Shown: positions 24,424-38,700, counted from the stretch's first letter. The stretch: 64,000 nt of DNA from Oopsacas minuta (GCA_024704765.1 JAKMXF010000221.1:558001-622000); one strand, 5' to 3'. Notes: generated by a model from the letters alone, not told the origin. A program made the numbers and translations.

Positions 24424-26290
24424 TGCTGCTGCTGTTACCTATCGTAACTGGCATAAGATACACAGTGGACAAGTTGGGCCATTATTTAAATATAGTCCTG
24501 TTGTTATAATGGTTACTCAATCGGTATCACTCCGATTAATAAGAACCCCCCCTCCCCCTGATAAAGCGAATATATTTTGAACGTCAGTTGGTGTTCGTAT
24601 TAACGATTTTAGGCGGGTAATAGCATATTATTAATAATCGGCGCAAAAGAAAATTCGGAAGTATTCTCTGACGCTTTAAGCGGGAAATGAAGCTTAACAT
24701 ACGTAGAAACAGGTTTGTGGATTTTAAGCGGGCAATTATCATTTTATCAAGTTTTAAGCGGGAAATAAAGGATGCCTAACTTTGATAAAAGTAATATCGA
24801 TAAAAATAGGCGGTTAATAACAAAATTCCAGTTTGTTTATTACATACATTGTTGTGTGAAAATTAGAAACACGGTAAATAATAGGGACATCATAGTTCCA
24901 AACTCGAGACTAACCAATACACTGAATGCCCTGAAGGCTTGTAAATTGCATAAATTGGAATTGAAACTATTTTCTAATATTTCATAAACACAAAATTGAC
25001 CTCAAAATAATCTAAGAAAGGAATGTAATTGTGAAGGAAATATTCATACAAAGAATAAACAAAAATTGTATGTGTTTGTATTTATTTGAATAGCTTATAT
25101 TGTGAAGATGGTAATAGGCGCTCAATTATGGATATCACACAATATATTCTATCGGAATATGAAGAGAAATGTATTAGAATATTGTTTACGTAGGCGCGTA
25201 TTCCAAAATATTTTCAATTTGTAAATAATAGCAATCTGTGTATGCTAAAGTTTATATGAAATAAACACTAATAAGTTTGAAGATTTTAAACCCTGTGTCA
25301 CTCAATGAAACCTGTCACCATGTGTATACTGGCTGAAGTGGCGTGAAGTGGCACAATGTGTCAGGAGTTGAAAATATTTAGACTTAACAGTAGGATTTGC
25401 TATTTTAAACAAATTGTATTGGAAACATACCTACGTGCACATGTTACCAGAGGGAGTATACCTCACCCGAGTTCTACTGTATTCTACAGATTAAATACCC
25501 AATGGGGAGTGATGGTTTGTACCAACAATCTGGAGTGCGGACAGAGGGAGGGACAATCAAGAATAGAACAAGTTAAACCTCAAAAGTGCAATGAGTTTCA
25601 GCTTATTAATATTACAAATAATATCATAATATTATGACTTAAGGCAGGTGGATAATTGAACAATAACATCTGGAAAAGGAGGAGACAAGTGATCACAATT
25701 ACGAAAATTACAAGTTCATCTGTGGGTATATTGTTTGTGGTGTAGCTAACCAGAACCTTACCCCAATTACATTGCATAATACAGTCAGTATATAATTCAC
25801 ACTCTGACCCACTTCACAAGTACTACAAATATGAAAAAGCATAATTGGAGTTAATTGCCTTCCACTGATCAAAATATTAATCTTCTGATTAAAATTAGAT
25901 ACGCGTTAACAATGAATCTGACTTGTTATGTGGTTCGAACATAAAAACCCACGGACTGCAATATATTCCAACAGCTGAATTGTACATTACGTATTCGGAA
26001 TAATTCAGAATCACCTAATGAACTACGCTATCATCTTTCTTTCTTGTTTTACCTAGAGATTCTTGTTCTAAGTTTCCAAGAAGTAACGCAATCATGGAGA
26101 GGGAGTGTAAAGAGAATGCGTAAAATTAAATGAACAATAAACACAAACACGTGTTCATAGGAATGTTACGATAGTTTAATAATTATTCAAAGCTAATTCA
26201 AATTTGAAAATATCACTGTTGCACCCGAATAGTTCAATATTCTGTTACCAAACGAATATCAGTATTGGGTTAAGCAAATATTCATGAATA

Positions 26291-26526
26291 CCGTAAACGG
26301 GGGCTACTTTGGGCCACTGGGTTTGCTTTAGCCCAAATATGAAAGCTCCAAAGAAACTAGATTGGATTCAGTATTGTACTTGAAATGACTTACCAAGTTT
26401 TTAACGAGTTTCCAAATATCGGTAGACAGTTTCGAATACAAATACAATATCTATTCGATACGTAAGCAAATTTTAATATTTGGGCTAAAGCAAACCCAGG
26501 GGGCCAAAGTAGCCCCCAGTTTACGG
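26291..26526. mobile_element. Tc1/mariner (Tigger-like) MITE with ~50 bp TIRs, TA TSD
   Basis: CCGTAAACGGGGGCTACTTTGG..CTGGGTTTGCTTTAGCCCAAATAT and its reverse complement at the right end; TA at 26289-26290 and 26527-26528. Confidence 0.9.
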
Positions 26527-28585
26527 TACTGATATTCGGTTCGATCGGTTTCAACCTTGGAAATGATATAAAATTGAGAGATAAACATAAATAAATCTAC
26601 ATTTTCATTTAAACTTTGGAGTCTTCCAGCTGGCATGAAAATCAAATCAAATCCGTATGTATTAATAAAAAATCAGCACCCATTGCTTAATATAATTTTC
26701 AGTTTAAAGCTAATACTATTTATGATACAATAATTGAGGACAACAGGTAGGAAACTAGGAGGAGCTATGGTCGCAATGACATAAGGACAATTGAAAGTCT
26801 AATCCACAAACTCGTTAAAATAATCAAGAAAATACTTGTGTACCAGGCATGTTGTTAGGTTGGTTATAGTACATTGTTGAAGGTTCATTATTTTGGTAAA
26901 AAACATATTTCTCTTGAGAATTCGGAAATCGTCAAATTGTATGAAAGACTGTGACCAGGTTTTAACGACGCTACATGCGGTATTATTTGCAAACCCTAAT
27001 GTCACCCAACATTATAGTTCTGATAGAAATACGTCGTGTTAATTAATAAAGTGCTAAATATAGAAATAAGAAATGAGTGGTAGATATTGGCAATGAAAAG
27101 TTTGTTTATTATTGTTGTTTACTGTCACGAATATGTAACAATATTCAAGCAGGGAAAATGAAAAACCACGGAGGCTTGTCCAAACGCTCCATCTCACAAA
27201 ATACCAAATAAGCAAATACCTTAATCTACTTAGTACCAATTACCAGATCGATTACAAGATATTGAGTAATGATAATGTATACGTGAATATCCATTAGCCT
27301 ACCAACCAGGTGCTGTATAATATAAACAAAGAGTATTGGACTAGAATTATGCACAGATAGTTAACAAATTAAGGGAAGGGCCGCCCTAGAATAGTACTAA
27401 AATGTATATATGCAAAAAGGGTCTCTTCTCAATTCTGAATATTATTGAAAGTTTGTGGAATTGATTCTCATTATTTGCAATTAAAATATTTGAACGAATA
27501 AACAATTCAGGGATTAAGTTCAAGCGTATGTCAAAGTGTTAAGTGTTACATTACATCAAAATTGGGTAATTAGGACGACCAGACCGGGAGTTAATTAGAT
27601 TATAATTTGTACTTGGAAGAGTGGTATTAAGAGAGGAAACAGACAACAATCTGATTGGCTAGCTACTGCTTAATTGGTATAATTATAAGTGTCAAATCCA
27701 TTAATTGTCCTATTTCTGTCTAGCAACACTCAAGGAAGATAGGAATTTCAAATACGAGGCTGAATGTAATGGAACTTCTAGTCGTATACATATTTTCATA
27801 TTGGCACGCTGTATGAATGGAAAAATGCTCCAACTTCCTTATTTTGTCATTTTCTAGAGTAAATACGAACACTTATGTTATGAAACTGAATCTGTAATAA
27901 AAATCAATTTTAGTTCCAACGCGCGCTCATTCTAAGACAAAACTAATTAGCGCAGTTGTTTATACTTAACACCATCAGTTTCAAGTGATGATTGCACATA
28001 TCAACATACTCTTTGAATAGCACATTCCTGTGTTGTCAAGGAGAATTTTTTCGTGTTTTGGCTAAGTTGTTGAATAGTTCTTTCAAAGAAGACGTATTAA
28101 CGGCCAATCTCATTTTCGGTGACGTAACTTCTGCAATAATTACTTTGCCTCAAAAGAATAATTCTCGAATTGTTAATGAGAATTCTCAGCAGAGTTAACG
28201 AAACTATAATACTTGATATTTATCTGGCTAATACAAGTCTAAGAGTGTCAAAATCTGATATTTCGAGGTTAACCTAGACGTATCTTACGTTAAAATAGAA
28301 CACGTGTAATGTATTATACGTTATACGCGTATTATACAGCTGAAGTTTAGGACAATTCAGAAATGGAATAAATATTGCAGGAAAAGACTTACAGTGTATA
28401 CTGGTTATAAGAACACCCTTGGGAGTAGCAATACATGCTCTTATAACCGGTATAATATAAAGAAATATGTGAGAACCGTTTTCCAGAGGATGGTGCTTAT
28501 ATCCGGTGTGTATATATACACATCTTGTTTTTAAAATAAACAAACAAACAAACAAACAAACAAACAAACACACAATCAAATTTAC

Positions 28586-28691
28586 CTGTTGTACGGGTCA
28601 GTATCAATACCAGCAAGCGTGATGGCCTTCTCCTCATGGAGCCGCTGAAGAAGTTGTCGAGCCGTCATTCTAGTTCGATCGTAGTCAAATT
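28586..28691 (-). CDS. Coding exon, probably an upstream exon of the beta-catenin gene
   Basis: Clean acceptor TTTACAG and donor AG|GTAAAT. Open frame FDYDRTRMTARQLLQRLHEEKAITLAGIDTDPYN. The phase-2 end matches the phase-2 start of exon 24337. The start codon exon was not found. Confidence 0.5.
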
Positions 28692-28957
28692 CTGTAAAGT
28701 CAATAGTTATGTATTATTCAATAAACTTCTATGTTCTATATATACTATAGTGACACCCCATGACAAACCATGAATAGGCGAGAACATTCCATAGATAGAA
28801 TTTTCAAAAGGGGGTAACCGTGATCAGACTTGATCAAAGATGTCGGCCTGAGTGTGATCATCAAAAAACTCAAAATTTATCAGTAATTTAATAACTACCG
28901 TGTGAATAATAATGATCTTATCTTCATAGACGGAGACCTTCCCCCGTAATCAACACC

Positions 28958-29640
28958 TAAGACCGACAAGTATTTGGAAAAATAATTATGTAAACAACAA
29001 ACAAACAAACAAACAATCAATCAATCAAACAAACTATTTTAAGTAATTTCGTCTAGAAACATTCCTCTCTCTTTTTATTTCTTTCTCTTGGGTTATTCAA
29101 AGAAACATGGTTCATACGTAATCACAAACTGTGCCGATTTTTCTGACAAATATTGAGGGCCAATGAGGCTAATATCCCGCCAGAAATTGCTTGCCCTGTA
29201 TTATTATTGTCCAGTTTAATATATAATAATGATTTATCTTCACAGACGGAGACCTTCCCTAATTCACGGAACGGATCGGACAAGTTTTCTGAAGAAAATT
29301 CAAATTAGTTGCCTTGTAAATCACAGAACATTATAAACAGGACGGGACATAAGGTACTAACCTAGCGGACATCGAGGGACGTTGCATATTTGTATTAAAC
29401 TGGACAATAATAATTCAGGGCAAGCAATTTCTGGCGGGATATTAGCCTCATTGGCCCTCAATATTTGTCAGAAAAATCGGCACAGTTTGTGATTACGTAT
29501 GAACCATGTTTCTTTGAATAACCCAAGAGAAAGAAATAAAAAGAGAGAGGAATGTTTCTAGACGAAATTACTTAAAATAGTTTGTTTGATTGTTTGTTTG
29601 TTGTTTACATAATTATTTTTCCAAATACTTATTGGTCTTA
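28958..29640. repeat. Long near-perfect inverted repeat (arms 28958-29221 and 29393-29640, 171 bp spacer)
   Basis: The arms are reverse complements apart from a few substitutions and the length of an AAAC/AATC microsatellite. Confidence 0.95.
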
Positions 29641-29731
29641 CGGGTGGGGCGATTCTTCCTCCCACGATCTCCCTTCCTTTCTCTCTAATTAAGAACTATA
29701 ATATAATTATACGTTTAGTTCTAGTTACTAA

Positions 29732-31549
29732 ATGGACGGTGCATTTAGAGCTGAATTCCAAACATCTTTTTTCCGGGACAGAGAGGACGCGTATCAGACC
29801 TATCTCCCCCCTCCCTCTCACTCGTACCGCTCCCGAAGCCTCAGTAGAAGGACACGAAGCACCGAGAAACTCCATTGGCATCGTAAGACATCCACGCAAC
29901 ATCAAAGTCCACATACAACATATAGAGAGACCACTGGGAGTAGCTTTCACAGTCGCAGGCACAAAAGACATAGTAACGGACGGTCACAGAGGGGGAAAAG
30001 TGGGGAACGTAGGAAGAGGAGGCAACGGTCCCCTAAAGATGAACATCCAATCGAGGACGATAAAGATGGACACTTGATTTACTTCGCAGAGGACATATTA
30101 GACTCACGGTACATAATAATTGGTACCCTCGGGGAGGGGACTTTTGGGAAAGTGGCACACTGTCGACACAAATACACTGGCGAAGAAGTGGCAGTAAAAA
30201 TAATAAAGAATGTGGATAAATATCGGTACTCGGCTAAGATAGAAATTAGAATTTTAGAATCAATCTCAAAGGCTAGTGGAGAAGGGAAAAAGCTATGTGT
30301 CAAAATGCTGGACTGGTTCGATCACAACGGACATATTTGTATCGTATTTGAGTTGCTAGGTCTGAGCGTGTTTGATTTCCTAAAAGATAACGAATACGAA
30401 CCGTACACCCTGGAAACCGTCCGTGATATTTCATATCAGCTGATTAAATCAATAAAATTCTTACACGAACACAAACTCACACATACAGATTTGAAACCGG
30501 AAAATATTATGTTCGTGGAAACCGAATATACCGAAAGGGCTGGCAAGCGTGGGAAACGGCTAAACAGGACCCTCGTGAGTTCAGAAATAAGACTCATAGA
30601 TTTTGGGTCTGCTACTCATGATGACGAGCACCATTCTACTATTGTATCCACGAGACACTACAGAGGTCCAGAGGTGAGTATTACTTTAATTACTATTTGT
30701 ATATATCGCTTATAAGAGCATATTACCCCGCATAAAATACAGGAGTATATGTGAAACCTCGTGGTCTTATATCCGGTATATTCTTATAACCGTGTTCTTA
30801 TGAGCCATAGGATCCAATCTGTTTTCACCCGTGAACCCCTCCCATAGCCTGCAATACAAATTTGACCCCCAGCTGTCGTCCATCGACCCCAGGTTGGGAA
30901 CCCCTGTTATCATCAAAATCCACTGAATATAATTTATCACATTTGTATATTTAAACCAATCAAATTACAGCCTCGGATAGTAGGCATAACAACAGTACTG
31001 AATATCAGCTGTCTATAAACCCTCAAATCTGATTGGCCTAGTTTGTTACTATTAATAGTTAGGCCTATTGGTTTAGTTTTGTATTCTAAGGTTCTCCTCG
31101 AGTTGGGTTGGTCACACCCTTGCGACCTATGGAGTATCGGGACTATAATATTTGAGCTATACAAAGGTCACACATTATTTCAAACGCATGACAACCGTGA
31201 GCACCTAATCATGATGGAACGTATCCTTGGTCCTTTTCCTAGACGTATGATTGAGGGTACACGGAAGGGGAAATATTTTTTCAAGGGGCGGGTCGACTGG
31301 GACGATCGCTCTCCAGAGTCTAAATACGTCCGTGAACACTGCTACAACCTGAAGAGATATCAGATCGGTAAATCTCATGAAGAGGATCTCTTGTTTGACC
31401 TGATTGCTCGGCTACTTGAGTACCAGCCGGAGAAACGATTGACCGCGAATGAGGCCTTACAACACCCGTTTTTCTGCCCGTTACCCTCAGCGCTTCGCAG
31501 TGACTGTCGTAAGAACGAGACGAAATTAGTCGGTGACGTGTGGAGCTAA
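29732..31549 (+). CDS. CLK: CDC-like (LAMMER) dual-specificity kinase, 466 aa
   Basis: Exons 29732-30673 and 31091-31549. RS-rich N-terminus, LGEGTFGKV, HTDLKPEN, DFGSAT, STRHYRGPE, EHLIMMERILG. Confidence 0.95.
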
Positions 31550-32540
31550 TAATTGAGAACACATACACACATTAGTTACAAAATTAGATTTCCTTTGTAT
31601 ATCATTATATCACACTCTTAATTACATTATGCATGCCAACTGATTAGGATTTTGTGGCATTTTGTTGAGTGCCATGTGGTAAAAGTTTTCTCACTTTTTC
31701 CCGCTCGGTTGGCATTTGTAATTTGAAGTGGAACAACGCCACTTGAACACTTTTTGGTCGTATTTGACTTTACTTATTTAATGGACTATGGATATTTATT
31801 TTCACTCAAATTATTTCCATTATTGTTGTTCATTTTTGTTTACTAGATAGAGTTGAAGCAAACAAGCAAACAGTCCTGACAACCAAAATGCATGTAAGTT
31901 ATGTTAAATCATTCAATATTTGTTATCCATGTCCTCTAGCTGTCCCTTGTCCCTGAATAATGCTCCCTAAAGGGCTGTCCCAGGTTCTGGCATACTTTTG
32001 GTCAGTTGGTACGATCCCTTTATGATTAATTAAGGGGTCTTTCCATAATCAACTTGTATACGGCACCTTATAAAACTTGGCCCTCTGGCCTGTCTTCCTC
32101 CCTGCCTAGTTGGCCCGATTAACCAGAACTAACACTTTATTACTTCCGTTTCTGTACTCGTGTTTATAAAGAGGAATCAGCTGTATTCCGTAATTGAATT
32201 ATAATCGATTTTCTAGAATCTTTTTTTGTTTAAAATCAGCTGATTTGAAACAAAAAGAATTTGTAATTAGTATAATTATTATTTTGTATTTATAAGAAGA
32301 AATAGGATCAGAATTCATAATATTTTGAGATTTCTGTTTATGTCCTGACTTCTGCCACTTTTCTGCCACATACGAAGCTGTATTTTGGCGGGAAATTAGT
32401 GGGGTAATTCCGGTTCCTTCTAGCCCCGATTTGGCGGTAGAACCGAAGTCCCCATCCCATATAAACCAGTTGAACCTCGTTAATACGAACGGACGGTAAA
32501 AATGTGTTCGCTTTATCCAGAGTAATACCAATTGAATAAC

Positions 32541-32644
32541 CAGTGGTACCTAACCCATTGCACCCGTGGACCCCTATACCAATTTAACACATTCTGTGGA
32601 CCTCCTGTGGACCTCCTGCTGTCGTCCACGGTTGGGAACCTCTG
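32541..32644. mobile_element. hAT MITE family A copy (degenerate)
   Basis: Termini CAGTGGTACCTAACC / GGTTGGGAACCTCTG; same internal motifs as 2563-2679; TSD not recognisable. Confidence 0.65.
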
Positions 32645-32711
32645 GAGCAACAATTGTAGGGACCTGATTTTGTATAATATTCGTTCTTCTCCTATCATTA
32701 TTGTAGTTTGA

Positions 32712-35700
32712 ATGGCAAGAGAAGATAGAGACAGGCTTAAAGTACCTCCAATAGAGAACATAGGTATGACAGGTAAGACCTCTCCCTTATTGTTACGTAA
32801 GAAGTATAAAGGAGGTGAAGTAGAGAAGGAGGAGGACAGGAGAGCTAAACACATGAAAAGGGTAAAATATATTTTAATTATATTATTAAGGTAGATTATT
32901 TGATGTTTGTTTGTGTGTTTGTGTTTGTTGTGGCTAATTAGTCTGTTTGTTTATTTGTTTGTTTGCCTGTTTGTTAGCTTATTAGAATTTACAAACAGTA
33001 ATATAACTAGCACAGTAACGTATATAACAGATAGGAATTTATGTATTATCTAGATGACAGAACAATTCACACCTTATAAGCTAGGACAAAGACCTTCTTA
33101 CCATGATAGCATGGAGAGTGTCAACAGTGCCGTGAGCCACGCCAGATCGGTACGCGCATCCTCGTATGAAGTACGGGACATGACTAGTATACTCTCCAGC
33201 TGGAGTACCCCTATACACCAAGCAGCAGAGGAGGGGAGGAATGATCAGTTGAATTTATTACTGGAGTATCCTGATTTAGATGTGAATATTCAAACGAAGA
33301 TTTATAACGATTATGAGGGCATTATTGTCGTTCATAATACGCCGCTACATCTGGCTGCTGCTAACGGTTAGTGTTATAGGAACCATGGATGGATATAGTG
33401 TAACCTCCGTGAACGGGACGCCGATAAATGCTACCTCGTTCCTGTCCAATTTCCCGTTTGTGGAGGCTCATTTTATGGGACAGGAAATTCACTCTATTTA
33501 TTTTCCAGAAGTTCTTCGTTACCACAGACCCGTTTGTGTAGGTTACCCTGTGTATTGTTGATTTTAACACTCTCAAGTGCTACTCAACACTTCAAAATTA
33601 GCGTCCAGAACTTGCCTGAGAAATCTAATAATTGTCTGTGTATAATGACTAGCAAGTTTAACCTCAAAATGTTCTAAAATAACTTCACCAATATACTCAT
33701 ATATTCGTGTCACCATCACATCTCTCTATTGGTGTTATATTATCAAGGTTGCAACCGAATATCATCAGTATTCGGTTAGGTTGCTATTCATGAATACTGA
33801 TATTCGGTTTGAATTTATACATTTGTTATTTAGCACACCCAGGAGCTGTAACTCTCCTTCTTAAGTACGGTGCTAGAGTAGACATACAGAATGCTGACGG
33901 TTCTACTCCCTTACATGTAGCTGTGGCTAATGGAGTACCGCTAGAGATTGTACATAGTCTAGTTAAGGTGGGATCTGCACTTGGCATAAAAGACAATAAA
34001 GGTTGTTACTTCTTTGTTAAGAGTAATAGACAATAAATATAGAAATACCCGCTTACAGTGGAGCTCCCAAAACGGACACTCCCTCTCCTGAAAGGAATGA
34101 ATTATGAATCAGAAATGTAATACTTTGGCAGTCTCCGAGAAGCGGACAACTTCTAAATGGACAGAAGCGATGTCCCCAACGTGTCCGTTACTCGGAGACT
34201 CTACTGTATCCAATCGGTGATACCGAAGTAATTGTCGCGGCCCCTTGAGTTTCGATATAAGGGGAGTTGAGTGTAGTGTATTTTGTCTTGAATTATTGAG
34301 GAATTGATAAGAGCTACTAACTTTAAACTTGGCATGTAAGTGTGAATTGGTTCAAGTGAGGACACATTATAATATATAAGCGAAATATTCACAGGTTTCT
34401 GAGAAAAGGTGACGAATGTGTCGACCTATCATATTTGCGGGTTCACACAATATATGTAGACGACACCTATCTGAGACATATGCGCTATTTATTGTTGTTT
34501 ATTTATGTTTCAAAGGACGTACATCCTTGTTTACGGCAGCAGAGGAGGGGTGGAGTAACATCGTTCCAGTTCTGGTATCAGGTGGTGAGAATATTGAAGA
34601 GACAGATATAACAGGAGAAACTCCTCTAATAATTGCTACAAGGAATGGATTTTCAAATACTATTAAGGTGATTGGGAACTTATGTCTGATACTTATTTAG
34701 TAATTCCCGGATTTGTATACTAGATTCATGTAAACAAACCTCAAATCTGCGGTCTAACTAATAGACATATTTCCCAATTGACACGTTTTTTTGACACATT
34801 GTCATTTCCCGCTAAACCGTGCGAAAATAATTGTTTTTTGATAGACGGGATAGGCTCAAATGTTCCTTATTGGTCCTGTGCTAATTCAAGTCTAATAGTC
34901 AGCACTTTATGTCCTTCATGGCTACTGAACTGACACTCTTAAGTACCCGCCAAACACCTAAACAAACCCCTGTTCCCGCTATTTTCTCCCCCCCTCTCTC
35001 TCTCTCCAGGTCCTAATAGAATCAGGTGCCTCTATATTCACCCGTGACAAACAAGGTAAGAACGCTCTGGGGTATGCCTTAGAAGTAAATGAAAAGACAA
35101 TTCAGGATGAGCAAGTATTTGACTTAGTTCTGTCAGGAATGTTAAGAGAGGAATCAGAAGCAAATGCATTGAAACAGTTGCATAGTTTACTGAGGAAGTA
35201 TCACAAACTCCATCTGAAGAAATGTATTACTTGTTTGTTGAATCGAATACCGACACTAAAGGCTAGAAAAGGTGTTACTATATGTGTATAAATATTTACA
35301 TAGTCACTTGAAATAACTTTTCCAATGTCTCTCATTACGAAAAATGTGTCAAAATATGATTAATCACCAGTGAAACTACTTTAATTTATGTCCAAGGTAT
35401 CCATGGTTCGCTTATACAAACACGGGTAACACGCTCTCTCCCCTCTAGTTATCATCAGGTCATCCTATCTAGAAAACGACTCAAAGGGTGCTAAACCAAC
35501 AGACAAGGACTTCAGCTACATCCATGGCATCGCTCTACAAATGCTAGCAGAGACAGAGGATCATGACCTTGCGTACCATCCAACTGTTCGAGTAATTGTG
35601 GACAAGAAAATGAGTAAAATCGGGAATTACTATCTCTTCTTTGAAATTCTATATTTCATATTTTTCCTATTCAGTTTGTTTTTCATTTTGACTACCGCAG

Positions 35701-38700
35701 TGACTAGTGAGAACCCTTTGATATATTCAGCACCCATTGACTTCATAAGGGGTGTCTTTGAGGTCTTGGTAGCTTTGTTTTGGATTTATTCTCTGCTCCT
35801 GGAGATAGCTGAGATAATCGGAGAGGTCCGTCACGTCTACCAGCGTATCCTCGCCAACTCCCTGGACAAAAACAATATCGAACTGGAGAATTCTATCGGC
35901 ACAATTGCGAAACAGGTCGCGAAACTTTATCTCAGAGAGCCGTACAACTATTTCGACATCTCTGGCTTAATCCTTCTATTCTTAATCCTTCCAATGCGGA
36001 TAGCGGACATTTCGTTTCAATGGATCTTCGCCTCACTAGCTGTTATCATCCATTTCTTACGCTTTATTAAAGTTATAAGACTTTTGCCTGGATTTGGTAC
36101 CTACGTGCATACCATCACGTTAATTATTATCAAAGATGTTCCCAAATTCGCTGTCGTTTCTTGTATGATAATGTTGGTCTCGTCGGAGGCGTTTTTCTTG
36201 GCCCTTCGAGCACCCTACGGTCCCAGTGTCCCGCCTAAAAATAGCACCCTAGAGGTCGTCACTGGGGAAGAAGGTATTGGTATGTTTAACCAGTTTTACT
36301 GGACATACCTATTGTTCATTCGGTTGCTACTTCAAGGAGAGAATGTTCTAGAAGGAAATTACCTTTTCAACCAATTGAATTGGTTAGATGCGACTATTTA
36401 TCTGATAACATTGATTCTTGTTATTGTTGTTCTTCTCAACATATTCATTGCTCAGGTATGTTGTTTGTTTGTTTGTGTGTCGTAAACAACTTGTAAAGTT
36501 TTATAACCACACCCCTCTGGGGCGTGTTCAGAGGGCTAATCCCTATCCTCACACCTATGGGGACTGGGACGCGTGCCTCCCCACTGAATTTATGAACTAA
36601 AATTTTTAAGATTTCAATTTTCTATTTTAGTATTGAGTGGCATTGTCCATGTTTCCCATTGTCCTTACACCACCCAGCTGGGTATTATGCCCTCCCTCCG
36701 GACCCTCCTCCTCTGGCTACACCACTAGGTAGTGATATTACGGTGTACCCTCCACAAACCTGTTGTCGTTGACGCTGAAAATGCTAACCCATTTCCTGTT
36801 TCTCCCGAATTCCCCGTTTATGAAGGTGACACTGTATACACATGCCAAAACTTCCCCAAATTATGAATGAATGGAATTATGTATCTTCCAATTGTAGGTA
36901 ACAGACACGTATGCTATCGCTAAAGGTAAATCACAACGTATCGTGTCATACTACAGACTCAAGTTTGTTGTGAGGGTACTGGGTAGGAGTTTTGGTACCG
37001 CGTTAGCTAGGTATGGATATCTAGGAGAGATTATAATGAAGAGTAATGAATGGAAAGAGTATCAAGAGGGTAAGTATTATAAATACCGGGTACAAACAGC
37101 TGGCCCCTTCTTGCTGTCTACAGACGACAGCTGGGGGTCCACAGAATGTGTTAAAATGGTATAGGGGGTGCACGGGTGAAAGGCTAGGAACCCGACCGCT
37201 GGGGTATAGCGCCTCCGAGTCTCCCTTATCCAAGAGGGGCAAATGGTACAAGTTGTCATTTATTGATGTATATGGACAATAGATAATTGGGGACAATTTG
37301 AGGCCCTATGGGTCTAAAATGCTATATAAATATATCAAATAAAAATTGAGTGATAGATGGTTTGAGTAAGGTCTGTGTAGATTAGGAAGTAGGGAACTTA
37401 TACAGTTTCTCCTGGATCTTCTAATTCTTCTGCCCCAGAGAAGAAAAAATAAAATATCCCACAAAATTACTGGGCACACACATCCACCAACATCAACGAC
37501 ACAGCACGCTACAACTACAGCGATTATAACAACTATTGAAACTCCTCGACTACTCTCTTCCTCTTGTGCATTAACGAGTACAAACTGCATGGTTACTAAT
37601 ATGGATAGTAGGAATGTAGCTAACCATATCTTCATATTAGAGCCTTTATCTTTTAATGATTAGCTCGATTGCAGGAAAATACTTATTTATAGAGCGAGGG
37701 TGTCTCCCTTGTCCAAGAGAGGTGCAAAGTGGCACAAAAGTGCCCATTTATGCGAGTATAAGTACGATATATTTTGGGGACAATTTGAACCCCAATGGCG
37801 CCGAAACTAAACCAACTGTATCATGTGTTTAATTATAATCATGAGCAATATATATATCACACAAATATGAGAATATACACTTTTGTAAATATTTACAAAT
37901 TAGCCTCCATCCTAGCCATGTCATAGGTTCTGTCCTCCTTGGGACCGGTAGGGACCAGAGGTACACCCATTTTCTCGTAAATGGGACCCGCCGGGGCTTG
38001 AATTGGTCCATTTTTTACTTGAGTCACTGGTTTATCTTTCGTTCCACAAAATGATCGGCATAGAACGGTTAATCCAGAGAGTCCACACATTAGTATGCTA
38101 CATCCGGTGATACCCGCACTGACATACCCGATTACTTCTCCTCCATTTCCCTTAACACCTTCAAAATACAGGGCAAATATGATGAATATAATTACAGATA
38201 GTTTCATATTGAAGTACTAGCAAATTTCTTAGTTACCAATGAGCAATTGAGGTATTTATGTGTGTAGTACTGTAATTAATATATCCTAAAATGATTGCAA
38301 GATTTGTTTATTAAGAAAGGATATATTTAGAATTTGATTACACTAATATGATTATTTATCACCTCATCATTATTGGAACATCATTACCTAATTCTACACG
38401 TGTGTCTTGTGATATTTTAACATCCTTGGGCAGGGGACATAATATATATTCACATACTACATCCCATGAATCATAGCATACATGAATATATTCACCAACT
38501 CCCCTAACGTGCTTCTGTGACGTTTTATGTCCCAGTTTCCATGGTTACCTCGTTGGTATTTAGCTACACCCCTTATGTCCAGTTTCCATGGTTACCTCGT
38601 TGGTATTTAGCTACACCCCTTATGTCCAGTTTCCATGGTTACCTCGTTGGTATTGGCTACACCCCTTATGTCCAGTTTCCATGGTTACCTCGTTGGTATT

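Noticed and set aside
24600-24830. Clustered TTTAAGCGGG motifs, and similar GCGGGA repeats at 49195-49245 and 49940-50045
   Set aside because: Probably subterminal repeats of decayed DNA transposons. Only one terminus (TTGGCAAGTATG near 50045) is visible, so no element could be delimited.
32199-32531. 110-aa - strand ORF upstream of the TRP gene
   Set aside because: It starts inside a MITE edge and has no recognisable domain or splice support.
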